Source: Syntrophales bacterium
Lineage (GTDB): Bacteria; Desulfobacterota; Syntrophia; Syntrophales; PHBD01
Reading direction: 5' to 3'
NCBI GenBank assembly: GCA_963668175.1
Contig: OY764159.1
Span: forward strand, 1,312,001 to 1,376,000
DNA length: 64,000 nucleotides
This document shows, in pieces, positions 1-10,071 of this stretch. The translations under genes were made by a program, and so were the position numbers. Below the pieces are notes generated by a model, which was not told the DNA's origin, did not search any database, and saw nothing but the letters and a program-made list of their open reading frames with translations. How positions within the stretch are numbered: position 1 is the stretch's first letter; each line of letters opens with the position of its first letter.

Positions 1-493
1 GCTCAGGATGCCCTTCTATGCCGTGGCGACCAATATTCAAACCGGCGAGGAGGTCGTCTTCGGAACGGGCAATACGGGCATGGCCGTCCAGGCGAGCTGT
101 TCCGTCCCCGGCATCTTCCAGCCGGCGCGATTCTCCGGCAGCACATACGTGGACGGCGGCGTGGTCAGCCCTGTGGCGGTCGATGTCGCCAGGCGGTACG
201 GGGCCGATGTCGTCATCGCCGTGGATATCTCCGCCGGCATCGACCGCCTGATACCGACGACGACGGCGGAAACCCTTCTGAAATCGGTGGACATCATGTA
301 CGAAAAGATGTCCCTGCCGCAGGTCGGCAGGGCCGACGTGGTCATCCGGCCGCGGGTGGCCGGTGTGGGTTCGGCCGATTTTTCGAAACGGCACGAAGCC
401 ATCCTGGAAGGCGAAAGGGCGGCACTGGAAGCTCTCCCGCGACTGCAGGCGGTCGTCAACAAACTCCGGGACGAGGGGAGGCTCCCCCGCTGA
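1..493 (+). CDS. Patatin-like phospholipase/esterase, C-terminal part (5' end outside window)
   Basis: PFYAVAT, ASCSVPGIF and the DGG motif (YVDGGVV) typical of patatin/RssA; frame is open from the window start. Confidence 0.85.
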   Translation, partial: LRMPFYAVATNIQTGEEVVFGTGNTGMAVQASCSVPGIFQPARFSGSTYVDGGVVSPVAVDVARRYGADVVIAVDISAGIDRLIPTTTAETLLKSVDIMYEKMSLPQVGRADVVIRPRVAGVGSADFSKRHEAILEGERAALEALPRLQAVVNKLRDEGRLPR

Positions 494-515
494 GCCGGAA
501 CGAAGCTAATAAATA

Positions 516-733
516 TTCGGCAATCCTGTGATATGGATCACGGCAACAACCTTCAGGGTATGCGATCATCGCTGCCAGTGATCCTCCTGATCCGTCTACC
601 GGACGGCATATATCTCACGGGGCAACAGGGACATGGCAGCTTGCTCGGGAAGCCGCCAAGCCGGCATCGGCCGGGATGCCGGCTTGCCCATGAGATATGA
701 CCTTGCCGAGGTTGCCGGTAACGGATTGCCGGG
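516..733. other. Highly structured intergenic element (candidate ncRNA, cis-regulatory RNA or repeat); family not recognised
   Basis: Nested complementary segments: 518-526/723-731, 542-547/711-716, 610-617/691-698, plus several internal hairpins. Confidence 0.5.
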
Positions 734-742
734 GAGCATGCC

Positions 743-1060
743 ATGGCAAAAAAGAGCAACACCACAATCATAAGAATTGTCCTCAAGGTCATCCTCGTCC
801 TTATTCCCCTCGTTATCGTCGTCTTATGGGCCGGATGGGCCTATTACAACAGCGATGAGGCCGTCAAGAAAAGGGAAAAGACGGCCCGACGCGATGCCTG
901 TTATGCCGACGTCAAGGAACGATACGAGAATCGTCTCCGCGATTATGCGCAGAAACAGAGTGACGGATCCTATCAAATCTCCGAACAGGTGAAGGAAAAG
1001 CTCGGCTATATCCGCAAGGAAGAGTTCCGGAGCTGCACGGAACTGTTTCCTGTGGACTGA
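743..1060 (+). CDS. Hypothetical membrane-anchored protein with two Cys
   Basis: GGGGAG RBS; basic N-terminus, one hydrophobic TM segment, charged C-terminal domain. Confidence 0.7.
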   Translation: MAKKSNTTIIRIVLKVILVLIPLVIVVLWAGWAYYNSDEAVKKREKTARRDACYADVKERYENRLRDYAQKQSDGSYQISEQVKEKLGYIRKEEFRSCTELFPVD

Positions 1061-1087
1061 GCGGTTCCAAGGACGAAAATCGCTTCG

Positions 1088-2092
1088 TCAGGGGCTGTTC
1101 GCGGTGATGGCGGCCTTGAAGGCGTCGGCCTTCCCTTTGGGGATGCGCAGCCGGTGATGGCCCGGAGGGATGATGTCCTGTTTCAATTCCGGGTTCATCT
1201 CCCTGATGGCCTTGAAGGTCGTATCGCAGGCCTGAGCGACGGCCTTGATGGGGATGTCCTTGGCCGTGCTGAATTCCGCCGTGTCGTAGTCGAAGGGCGG
1301 GTAGCGTTGTTCGGGGGCTATCCTGTAGCCGTAGAACTCCGGGCGGGAAAGGATGGTCTTGATGGCCAGGAGGCGAAAGACGTAGAATTCCGTCTCCAGG
1401 GGGAGATCGAGGTCGTAGTAGTTCTTCACTTCCTGGCTGTTCAGACTGCGGACGACTTTGTTCTCGCCGCAGTTGTACGCCGCGACCGCCAGCGTCCAGC
1501 TTTTATACATGTTGTAAAGGTCCGTCAGATACTGGAGGGCGGCATCCGTGGAGCGTTCGAAATTCTGCCGCTGGTCGATCCATTTATCCACCCGAAGACC
1601 GTATCGTTTAGCCGTTCCGGCGACGAACTGCCAGGGTCCAACGGCCTTGGCCGATGAGACGGCGTAGGTTTTGAGGCTGCTTTCCGCCACGACGACATAC
1701 TTCAGGTCGTCCGGAAGGTTCTTTTCTTTCAGCTTCTTCTCGATGTAGGGGAAATACCGGTTGGCCCGCTTGATCCAGAGGATGACCTGGGGGTGGTTGT
1801 AGACGGACCCGATCATCGCCTGATCCATCAATTCCCGCACATCCTGCCTTTCGAGAGGGACACGCTCCCCGCAAAAATTCAAAGCCGATGGGATATCGAA
1901 GACCGGCACCGTCGGTGCCGGACCGGGTTGGGCCGCAGCGGCATAGGGTGAAAGAAACAGACAACCTACCGCCAGACAGAAGAGGAGGGAGCCGAACAGT
2001 ACCTGTAAAATCGCCGCGGGGAAGGGACGCGGCAACTGCCCTTCCCCGCGAATGTCATGACCGACGATGCTGCTTGTGTAATGAATCATCAT
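1088..2092 (-). CDS. Lytic transglycosylase (SLT domain, MltD-like) with C-terminal LysM-like segment
   Basis: AES..., AVGPWQF, AAYNCGE motifs; N-terminal hydrophobic signal; start uncertain. Confidence 0.88.
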   Translation of the reverse strand: MMIHYTSSIVGHDIRGEGQLPRPFPAAILQVLFGSLLFCLAVGCLFLSPYAAAAQPGPAPTVPVFDIPSALNFCGERVPLERQDVRELMDQAMIGSVYNHPQVILWIKRANRYFPYIEKKLKEKNLPDDLKYVVVAESSLKTYAVSSAKAVGPWQFVAGTAKRYGLRVDKWIDQRQNFERSTDAALQYLTDLYNMYKSWTLAVAAYNCGENKVVRSLNSQEVKNYYDLDLPLETEFYVFRLLAIKTILSRPEFYGYRIAPEQRYPPFDYDTAEFSTAKDIPIKAVAQACDTTFKAIREMNPELKQDIIPPGHHRLRIPKGKADAFKAAITANSP

Positions 2093-2109
2093 GGCGTTCC
2101 GTTTAACCG

Positions 2110-2694
2110 TCAGGCTTTCTTCCCGTAGAGCTGCTTCATGAGCCAGGCCATGTTCTTGCCGAGGTCTTTCATGGTCTGTACGCCTTCCGCATCGTTATTG
2201 ACCTCCCCGGGATCCCTGCCGATGCCCAGGCTCCAATAGCTCGAACCGGGCATGACCATCTGCATGTAGTGGAGAAAGAGGTTCATGGAGCTGAAGGCCG
2301 GTATCGCCCCGGCGCGCCGCACGGCAACGACGGACGCCCCGACCTTCCTCTTGAACATGTAGTCGTTGGCGCGGCCGACGAAACCGCACCGCTCGATGAA
2401 GGCCCTCATGTTCGACGAGACGTCGGAAAAATAGGTGGGCGAGCCGAGGAGAATGCCTTCGGCGCCTTCCATCTTCTCGATGATTTCGTTGAGTAGATCG
2501 TCCTTCATGATGCAGCGGCGGTCTTTGTTCTTGAAACATTTGTAGCAGGCCCTGCAGCCCGCAAGCTGTTTCCCCCCGAGCTGGATCATTTCCGTCTCGA
2601 TGCCTTCCTGCTTCAGTTCGTCCATGACCAAATTGAGCAAAATGGCCGTGTTGCCGTCCTTCCTCGCACTTGCGTTTAAAGCCACAACCTTCAT
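2110..2694 (-). CDS. Iron-sulfur flavoprotein / NADPH-dependent FMN reductase (flavodoxin-like)
   Basis: SARKDGNT FMN loop, CxxCxxC-x7-C cluster motif, GSPTYF. Confidence 0.9.
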   Translation of the reverse strand: MKVVALNASARKDGNTAILLNLVMDELKQEGIETEMIQLGGKQLAGCRACYKCFKNKDRRCIMKDDLLNEIIEKMEGAEGILLGSPTYFSDVSSNMRAFIERCGFVGRANDYMFKRKVGASVVAVRRAGAIPAFSSMNLFLHYMQMVMPGSSYWSLGIGRDPGEVNNDAEGVQTMKDLGKNMAWLMKQLYGKKA

Positions 2695-2774
2695 GCGTCG
2701 TTTCCTCCTGTGATAGTAGTGACACGGTCATTCCGTGCCTGGATGATATGATGAACGCTCTCCGCTGCTATTAC

Positions 2775-3305
2775 TTACACCAGTTTCTTCAATTCCTGCA
2801 AGAAGACGTCGTATGTCTTTTGATCGAAGAGCACGAACCGGATGGTCTTGATGTCGCCGTGTTCCTTCAGGTAATCAACGGCCGTCTTCAGGGCGATGTG
2901 TGCCGCTTCGTCCAGTGGGTAGCCGTAGGCGCCGGTGCTGATAGAAGGGAAGGCGACACTTTTGAGCCCCCGGGCGGATGCCAGCTTCAGGCTTTCCCGG
3001 TAGGCGCTTTTCAGAAGTGTCGCTTCGCCGGCCGTGCCGCCGCGGTAGATCGGTCCGACCGTGTGGATGACGAAGCCGGCCTTGAGGTTGCCGCCGGTGG
3101 TAATGACGGCCTGCCCGGTGGGGCAATAGCCGATCTGCCGGCAGGCGGCCATGATGGCTGGTCCCCCGGCCCTGTGAATGGCGCCGTCCACGCCGCCGCC
3201 GCCGCGAAGGCCTTCATTGGCCGCGTTGACGATGGCGTCCGTCTCTTCCTGCGTGATATCCCCGACAACGAGGGAAAGGGTCCCTCCGGCAATTCCGATG
3301 TCCAT
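2775..3305 (-). CDS. Macrodomain protein, O-acetyl-ADP-ribose deacetylase (YmdB-like)
   Basis: GDIT, IVNAAN, GGGGVDGAIHRAGG, SISTGAYGYP; start after GGAG RBS at MDIGIA. Confidence 0.92.
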   Translation of the reverse strand: MDIGIAGGTLSLVVGDITQEETDAIVNAANEGLRGGGGVDGAIHRAGGPAIMAACRQIGYCPTGQAVITTGGNLKAGFVIHTVGPIYRGGTAGEATLLKSAYRESLKLASARGLKSVAFPSISTGAYGYPLDEAAHIALKTAVDYLKEHGDIKTIRFVLFDQKTYDVFLQELKKLV

Positions 3306-3354
3306 CCTTATCTCTCCTTTCCGCCTGAAAGAAGGCGGCGGTCCTGCCGCACGG

Positions 3355-4938
3355 TTATGCGTCTTCCGCCACGGGGATGCCGTCCCCATAGACGAGCATG
3401 CGATACGTCTTTTCGATGCGGTCCCAGTTCTCTTCCCGGTCCATCGACCAGTACCGGCCGATCACCGAGACGACCCGGCCCAGTTTCATCTCGGCGCATT
3501 TCTTCTCGATCTCCCGGATATAAATGGCGCCGCTTTCCGGCTGCTCCCCCCTCCTGCCCAGCATGGCGTGAATGAAGAGTTCCTCGACGCCTTCCCGTTT
3601 CGCCATGTCCATCAGGGCGAAGAGATGGCGGATGGAACCGTGGGAGCTGAAGAAAGAGACGATGCCCATGAGATGGAGGGCTTTTCCCGATCTTTTGGCT
3701 TTGTTCATGGCGTAGAGGAAGGCCTCGTTCCGGAAAAAAGATCCGTCGGCGATGGCCCGGTCGATCTGTACCCGGTCCGAATAGATTCTCCTGCCGGCAC
3801 CGATGTGGAGGTGTCCGGCTTCCGAGTTGCCCACCGTTCCCGGAGGCAGGCCGACCGCTTCGCCCGATGCGGCAAGCTTGGCTGCCGGATGCGTTTGATA
3901 GAACCGGTCGAAATTCGGCGTCCCGGCCTCGGCGATGAGATTGCCCTCGGCCGCTTCGTTGATGCCCCATCCATCCAGGAGCAGGACAAGAATCCGGGGT
4001 GCGGTCAACTCCGCTGCCGTGCCTTCGATAAGGGATGTGCCCGTCATGGCGGCGGGTCTGGGAAGTCCGAGGAGATGCAGGACCGTAGGCGCGACGTCCG
4101 TCAGCTCCCCGTTGCCGCGGAGGGAAGCGGTGCAGTGCGGGTGGATGAGAATGAACGGCACGGGGCTGTCCGTATGGCCCGTATCGACCACCCCGTCGGG
4201 AAACAGCCAACGCTCGGCAGTGCCGTGGTCGGCCGTGACGATGGCCGTCAGGCCGGCCTCTTCCGCCTCCGCGACGATCCGTCCCGCCTGCCTGTCGACG
4301 GCCTCGACGGCCCGGATGACGGCTCCTTTGTTCTCAATGTGGCCTACGACGTCCACATTCGGGAGATTGGCGAAGATAAATCCGCATTCGGGATCGTGGA
4401 TCTTCGCAATGACGGCGTCGGCGATGGCCTCGACGGACATCTCCGGGGCCTCGTCGAAAAGGGCGACGTCCTTCCTGGTCGGAACGACAATCCGCTCTTC
4501 CCCCGGGAGGTTTTCCTGTTTCTTGCCGTTGAGAAAGAAACCGACATGGACCGCCTTTTCGGCTTCCGTTATCTTGACCTGCTTCATGCCATGCGCCGCC
4601 AGGACGTCGCAAAGGGTCTCCCCGATGACGTCTTCCTGGGGAAAGGCCACACGGACGTTCAAGCCCTTCCTGTATTCGATCATGGTGGCGAAGGCGCCCG
4701 GCAGGTCCTTATCGACGGGAAATTCATCGAAATCCGGGCCGGTAAGGCTCTCTGTCAGTTCGATCTCCCGTTCCCCGCGTATGTTGTAGAAGATGACGGA
4801 ATCGCCCCTGCTGATTCTGCCCGCCGGTGATCCCTCCCGCGTCGTCAGCACATGCGGTTCGAGGGTTTCGTCTTCCTTGCCGTTCAGATAGGCCGTTTTT
4901 ACGGCCCGGGACAAGGGGTAAGGATCTGAAGACGGCAT
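3355..4938 (-). CDS. gpmI: 2,3-bisphosphoglycerate-independent phosphoglycerate mutase-like protein, circularly permuted
   Basis: All iPGM motifs present (LDGWG, GNSEAGH, RYWSMDR, NxRxER, EKxxHV, NxDxVGH, TADHG, HT), but the canonical C-terminal half comes first; AAGGAG RBS. Confidence 0.85.
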   Translation of the reverse strand: MPSSDPYPLSRAVKTAYLNGKEDETLEPHVLTTREGSPAGRISRGDSVIFYNIRGEREIELTESLTGPDFDEFPVDKDLPGAFATMIEYRKGLNVRVAFPQEDVIGETLCDVLAAHGMKQVKITEAEKAVHVGFFLNGKKQENLPGEERIVVPTRKDVALFDEAPEMSVEAIADAVIAKIHDPECGFIFANLPNVDVVGHIENKGAVIRAVEAVDRQAGRIVAEAEEAGLTAIVTADHGTAERWLFPDGVVDTGHTDSPVPFILIHPHCTASLRGNGELTDVAPTVLHLLGLPRPAAMTGTSLIEGTAAELTAPRILVLLLDGWGINEAAEGNLIAEAGTPNFDRFYQTHPAAKLAASGEAVGLPPGTVGNSEAGHLHIGAGRRIYSDRVQIDRAIADGSFFRNEAFLYAMNKAKRSGKALHLMGIVSFFSSHGSIRHLFALMDMAKREGVEELFIHAMLGRRGEQPESGAIYIREIEKKCAEMKLGRVVSVIGRYWSMDREENWDRIEKTYRMLVYGDGIPVAEDA

Positions 4939-5142
4939 GGGTATCTCCTTTGCTTCGTATGAGAGTATGTTCCCGATCTGTATGGCCGGGGACGTAAGAC
5001 CATTTTTCTAACCAAATTGGCGGTGGCTGTAAAGAGAAACTTTCAGCGCAGGGCGGCATTCGCTGGCTTTTCAGTTGAAAACACGGCCTTTACATGTTAG
5101 ACGGTAAGGTTAGAAATTGTTTCGCAAAGGCCTCCGGGAGCG

Positions 5143-5553
5143 ATGCCCGAGAGGCCGGAATGTCTGGACAAGAGCGTGACGCTGGAAGCTAAAAAGACGC
5201 CGGAAAACGTCCTGCAGGAGGAACTCCTCAAAGAGAGGGCGGAAGTCCTCTGCCGTGCCGGAGAACGTCTGGCCGAGGCCCTGGAGAAGGTCCATGCGGC
5301 GGGAAAACGGATTGAGGACCTGCTGAGGGATCTCGATCGGGCGGCTGAGGAACGGGGTTCTCGGGCGAAGAAGGATGCCCTGGATGCCGTGAACCGGGAG
5401 ATCAGGGCCTATAACACGGCCCGGGACCATGCCAAGCTCCGCTACTACTATATGATCGTGACCAGGGAGGCCCTCGGTATGCGCCGCCACCACTGGGTGG
5501 ACGAGTTTTACCGGATACCCCCCAAGAAAAAACTGCTGCGGGAAGAAAGATGA
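5143..5553 (+). CDS. Hypothetical coiled-coil protein translationally coupled to pcm
   Basis: Helical charged ORF; ATGA overlap with pcm. Confidence 0.7.
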   Translation: MPERPECLDKSVTLEAKKTPENVLQEELLKERAEVLCRAGERLAEALEKVHAAGKRIEDLLRDLDRAAEERGSRAKKDALDAVNREIRAYNTARDHAKLRYYYMIVTREALGMRRHHWVDEFYRIPPKKKLLREER

Positions 5554-6203
5554 CGAGATACCAGAAACAGCGCGCCAAGATGGTCGAATCCCAGTTGAAG
5601 GCCCGGGGGATCAAAGACAGCCGGGTCCTGAAGGCCATGGAGACCATCCCCAGGCATCTCTTCGTCGACGAGGCGCTCATGGACCAGGCTTACAACGACA
5701 GCCCTCTCCCCATCGACGAACGCCAGACCATCTCACAGCCCTATATCGTCGCCCTGATGACGGAGGCCCTGGGCCTTGGCGGCAGGGAAAAGGTGCTGGA
5801 AATCGGCACCGGTTCCGGTTATCAGACGGCGATCCTCGCCGCACTTGCCGACCGGGTTTTCTCCATCGAGCGCATCGCCTCCCTGGCCAACCGGGCCAGG
5901 AATATCCTGGACGCCCTCAATTTCTACAATGTGGCCATCCGGGTGGGCGATGGAACGTACGGCTGGAGGGAGGAGTCCCCGTTTGACGGCATCATTGTCA
6001 CAGCAGGTGCGCCGCGTATTCCCGAGACGTTTACGGCCCAATTGGCCGTCGGCGGCAGGCTCGTCATCCCGGTGGGCAGCCGCATATCCCAGGACCTGTT
6101 CCGGGTCACCCGCCTTTCGGAGGATGTCAACGATCTGAAGACGGAAAACCTGGGCGGGTGTCGTTTTGTGGATCTCATCGGCGAGCACGGATGGGAGAAT
6201 TGA
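5550..6203 (+). CDS. pcm: Protein-L-isoaspartate O-methyltransferase
   Basis: [29 protein letters not shown] motifs. Confidence 0.96.
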   Translation: MTRYQKQRAKMVESQLKARGIKDSRVLKAMETIPRHLFVDEALMDQAYNDSPLPIDERQTISQPYIVALMTEALGLGGREKVLEIGTGSGYQTAILAALADRVFSIERIASLANRARNILDALNFYNVAIRVGDGTYGWREESPFDGIIVTAGAPRIPETFTAQLAVGGRLVIPVGSRISQDLFRVTRLSEDVNDLKTENLGGCRFVDLIGEHGWEN

Positions 6204-7228
6204 AGGATCATTCCTGCCTGCGTCGCCTGCAGGCGGACAACTTGAGAATTGCCCCGGTCGGAAAAGGACTCTTGTTCCTCGCCGCCGTTCTTCTTTTCGT
6301 CGCCGCGATTCCGGCCTCTGCCTTCTGTGCCGCTCCGTCCAAAGCCTCCTCAGCAAAAGGCGTCTATCACCGGGTGAAGAACGGGGAAACGCTGACCGGC
6401 ATCGCCCGGGCTTACGGGATTCCGGTACAGACCATTGCCGAGGCCAACCGTATCAAAATAACGGCGCGTGTCGAAAAGGACAGCGTTATCTTCATCCCCG
6501 GGGCCAAGCGCGTCATCGAGAATACGACGCCGCTGGGCCTTGCAAAACGCGAAAAGGCGAAAGCGGCGGCTGAAAAAAGCGAGAAGAAGGGAAAAGACAA
6601 GGCCAGACCCCAGGCAAAGCGAACGGAACGGGACGAGAAGAAGGCAGCCGGGCGGGGAGTCGAGGACAGGAAGAAGGGGCCCGCCGTAACGAAAAAAGCG
6701 CCGCCGGAGGACGGAGACGACAAGCCGGTAGCCAAGGCAAAGGACAAGCAACCATCCGGCGACGAAAAGAGAATCGTTCGGAAGGATAAGAAGGACCCGC
6801 CGCAAAGAATCCGCCCCGCAGCCAAGCCGGACGATGTCCGGACCGCGCCGCCGGCGGGCGCGCGGTTCGTCTGGCCCGTGAAGGGACGGGTCGTTTCGAA
6901 ATTCGGCCTCCAGCCCGGCGGCATGTTCTATAACGGGATAAAGATTGCCGGCCGTCCGGACCGGTCCATCGTGGCCGTCGCCCCGGGCGTCGTGATCTAC
7001 TCGTCGGCCCTGAAGGATTACGGGGAAACGGTGATCGTCAAGCACGCCGGGCAGTTCGCCACGGTCTACACGAACCTGGGCGAAAGGTCTGTCGCCGTCG
7101 ACAGCCGGGTTAAACAGGGGGGCAAGATCGGGCTGATGGGCGTGATCGAAGGGAAGAACGAGGGATTCATGACTTTTGAGGTCCGCTACAAGAACAAGGC
7201 GGTGAATCCGCTCCGCTATCTGAAATAA
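6191..7228 (+). CDS. nlpD: LysM + degenerate M23 (LytM) domain protein, NlpD-like
   Basis: LysM ([18 protein letters not shown]), Lys-rich linker, [13 protein letters not shown]23 domain lacking Zn-binding His; follows pcm; start uncertain. Confidence 0.8.
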   Translation: MGELKDHSCLRRLQADNLRIAPVGKGLLFLAAVLLFVAAIPASAFCAAPSKASSAKGVYHRVKNGETLTGIARAYGIPVQTIAEANRIKITARVEKDSVIFIPGAKRVIENTTPLGLAKREKAKAAAEKSEKKGKDKARPQAKRTERDEKKAAGRGVEDRKKGPAVTKKAPPEDGDDKPVAKAKDKQPSGDEKRIVRKDKKDPPQRIRPAAKPDDVRTAPPAGARFVWPVKGRVVSKFGLQPGGMFYNGIKIAGRPDRSIVAVAPGVVIYSSALKDYGETVIVKHAGQFATVYTNLGERSVAVDSRVKQGGKIGLMGVIEGKNEGFMTFEVRYKNKAVNPLRYLK

Positions 7229-7287
7229 ATGCGTTGCCCGGTCTGCGGACGGCGCCGGGCGGCGATCAATGAACGAGGAGAAAATGC

Positions 7288-8436
7288 ATGTCGTATTCGT
7301 ATGAACAGGGGCCCATCAGGCCGCCCAGCGAAGCCAAAAGTCTCCTGATCCGGGCCACCAGGAATTGTCCGTGGAACAAATGCGCCTTTTGCCATACCTA
7401 CCGGGGGACGAAATTCGAGCTGAGAAGCATCGAGGAAATCAAGAAGGACATCGACAAGGCCCGCGAGATCGCCGAGGCGATCAAAGCCCTGTCCTGGAAA
7501 ATAGGGGCCGGCGGCCGGGTGACGGATGCCGTGATTACCGCCATCTACGACGGGGACGACTTCTACGACGACGGCTACAAATCCGTCGGGGCCTGGCTCT
7601 ATTTCGGCGGCGAGTCGGTCTTCCTCCAGGACGCCAATACGATCATCATGAAGACGCCCGATCTGGTCGAGGTTCTCACGTATATTCGGGAACAGTTTCC
7701 GCAGGTCACGCGGATCACGTCCTACGGCCGGTCCCACACCGCCGCCAGGAAATCGGTAGAGGATTTCAAGGCCTTGAAGGCCGCCGGGCTCTCCCGCATC
7801 CATATCGGCATGGAGAGCGGATACGATCCCGTCCTCGAATTCATCCGGAAGGGTGTGACCGCCGCCGACCATATCGAGGGCGGCCGGAGGATCGTCGCCT
7901 CGGGTCTGTCCCTGAGCGAGTATATCATCCCCGGCCTCGGGGGCACACGCTGGACGAAGGAGCACGCCGTCGAAACGGCCCGCGTGATCAACGCCATCAA
8001 CCCCCGGTATGTCCGGCTGCGTTCCCTTCACGCCGTCCGGGGCTCGAAGCTGCACGAGATGATGGTGAACGGGGAATTCGAACCGCTTCCCGACGAGGAC
8101 GTGCTGCGCGAAATCAGGCTGTTCATCGAAAACCTCGACGGCATTACCACGACCATCGTCAGCGACCACATCCTGAACCTTCTGGAAGAACTGGAAGGGG
8201 AACTCCCCGGGGCCAAACCGCGCCTTCTCGCCACGATCGACCGCTTCTTCGCCATGCCGGATAAGGAACGGCTGATTTTCCGCCTGGGCAGGCGCAAGGG
8301 CATCTACCGCCGCCTCGACGACCTAAAAGACAGGTTCACGTACGGCCGGCTGGAGGCTGTCGTCGACCAGTATGCCGCCGGCGACGCCGGCCAGTTGGAC
8401 CGTGACCTGGCCCGGATCATGAACGGGTATATTTGA
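7288..8436 (+). CDS. Radical SAM protein
   Basis: GPIRPPSEA N-terminus, CPWNKCAFC cluster motif, IGMESG. Confidence 0.9.
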   Translation: MSYSYEQGPIRPPSEAKSLLIRATRNCPWNKCAFCHTYRGTKFELRSIEEIKKDIDKAREIAEAIKALSWKIGAGGRVTDAVITAIYDGDDFYDDGYKSVGAWLYFGGESVFLQDANTIIMKTPDLVEVLTYIREQFPQVTRITSYGRSHTAARKSVEDFKALKAAGLSRIHIGMESGYDPVLEFIRKGVTAADHIEGGRRIVASGLSLSEYIIPGLGGTRWTKEHAVETARVINAINPRYVRLRSLHAVRGSKLHEMMVNGEFEPLPDEDVLREIRLFIENLDGITTTIVSDHILNLLEELEGELPGAKPRLLATIDRFFAMPDKERLIFRLGRRKGIYRRLDDLKDRFTYGRLEAVVDQYAAGDAGQLDRDLARIMNGYI

Positions 8437-8475
8437 GCCCTTTTTCCGCACGAGCGGCCGCAATATAAAGGTTCT

Positions 8476-9948
8476 ATGACCAGCATCATCACCCTGAATA
8501 AAGTGACGGTCCGCCTCGGCGACCGTTTTCTCCTGCCCGACACCGACTGGGAGATCCGGTCCGGGGAGAACTGGGCCGTCCTGGGTCCCAACGGTGCCGG
8601 CAAGTCCACGCTGGTCCGGGCCCTGACCGGCGATGTGCCCTGTGTCCGGGGCAGTTTGACCCGCCGCGGTCCCCTGGTCGACGGGGGGAGTATCGGTTAC
8701 GTCTCCTGGGAAGAGCAGGAAAGGCTTATCGCCCGTGAGCGGGCCAGGGACGATGCCCGCGATTTTTCGCAGGAGCCGGAAGGTTATGAAACGGCGCAGG
8801 CGGCCATCCTGTCAGGCGCCGGGGAAAACGGCTGCGATCGCCCGGACCTGGAAAAAGTCGCCATCATGACCGGCGCCAAGGAACTTCTCGACAGGCCCCT
8901 TCGCTATCTCTCCACCGGCGAGATGCGCAAGGTTCTCCTGGCGCGCGCCCTCCTGAAATCGCCGCAACTCCTCGTCCTCGACGAGCCGTTCGGCGGCATC
9001 GACGCCGAAACAAGGGCTTCGCTCATGGACACGATCCAGTCCCTTGCCGCCGCCGGGATGCCCATCGTGCTCGTCACCCATCGCCCGGAAGAGCTGCTGC
9101 CGGCCATTTCCCACGTCCTTCTCCTCAGGGAAGGCCGTGTCGTGAAGCAGGGAAAGCGGGATGACGTTTTAAAACCGGAGGTTTTGGACAATCTTTATGC
9201 AAGAGAGGCGAAACCGGAACCGGCCGGGGAGGCGCTTCCCGGAACGGCTGTGCCAAGGGCCAACGGCCGAGAAGTCCTGATCGAGCTTAAGGGCGTGACG
9301 GTCCGGTACGGCGAGGCCCTGATCCTGGACAGGCTGAACTGGACGGTTCGGCGGGGCGAGAACTGGGCCGTGGCCGGACCCAACGGCGCGGGCAAGACGA
9401 CGCTCCTTCGCCTGATCACCGGGGACCACCTCCAGGCCTATGCCAACGACATCCGGATATTCGGCAAGGCCAGGGGCTCCGGGGAAAGCATCTGGGAGAT
9501 CAGGGAGAAAATGGGCGTCGTCTCCTCGGAGGTGCAGCTCAAGTACCGCAAGGGGATCAAGGTCGAGGACGTCGTGGCCTCGGGACTGTTCGACTCCGTC
9601 GGCCTCTACCGGCTTCTGACGCCGGAACAGAAAGGACAGGTGGAGCATTGCCTCCATTCGCTGGGGCTCGCCGCCATGGCAGGGCGGCTCTTCACCCGGC
9701 TTTCGTATGGGGAGCGGCGGATGGCGCTCTTGGCCCGGGCGATGGTGAAATCGCCCCAGGTCCTCGTTCTGGACGAGCCGTGCCAGGGGCTCGACCGGGA
9801 CAACCGGCGGTTCATCCTCGGCATGATCGACGACATCGGAAGCCGTACGGCGACCCAGCTCTTGTATGTAACCCACTACCCGGAAGAACTCCCCGCCTGT
9901 ATCCATCAGGTCCTACGACTGGAGAAGGCGCAAGAGGAGAAAGCTTAA
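8476..9948 (+). CDS. modF: Dual-ATPase ABC protein, ModF-like
   Basis: Two GPNGAGKS/T Walker A motifs, LSTGE/LSYGE signatures, LDEP Walker B; GSGESIWEI segment typical of ModF. Confidence 0.75.
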   Translation: MTSIITLNKVTVRLGDRFLLPDTDWEIRSGENWAVLGPNGAGKSTLVRALTGDVPCVRGSLTRRGPLVDGGSIGYVSWEEQERLIARERARDDARDFSQEPEGYETAQAAILSGAGENGCDRPDLEKVAIMTGAKELLDRPLRYLSTGEMRKVLLARALLKSPQLLVLDEPFGGIDAETRASLMDTIQSLAAAGMPIVLVTHRPEELLPAISHVLLLREGRVVKQGKRDDVLKPEVLDNLYAREAKPEPAGEALPGTAVPRANGREVLIELKGVTVRYGEALILDRLNWTVRRGENWAVAGPNGAGKTTLLRLITGDHLQAYANDIRIFGKARGSGESIWEIREKMGVVSSEVQLKYRKGIKVEDVVASGLFDSVGLYRLLTPEQKGQVEHCLHSLGLAAMAGRLFTRLSYGERRMALLARAMVKSPQVLVLDEPCQGLDRDNRRFILGMIDDIGSRTATQLLYVTHYPEELPACIHQVLRLEKAQEEKA

Positions 9949-10071
9949 AGACAAGCGAAGTAGGTACACGGGGGCACACGCAGTCAGGGACCGCGACACA
10001 GGAGCTTTCAGGGGACCGCAGGGTACATCGATGGGAAAATAGCCGTGGGAAGCATATAGGCGGAGAAACGT

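Noticed and set aside
516..733. Cobalamin, SAM-I, TPP or c-di-GMP riboswitch
   Set aside because: Only scattered fragments (GGGAAG, AAGCC, GACC..GCC); conserved cores are absent and the gene context does not fit.
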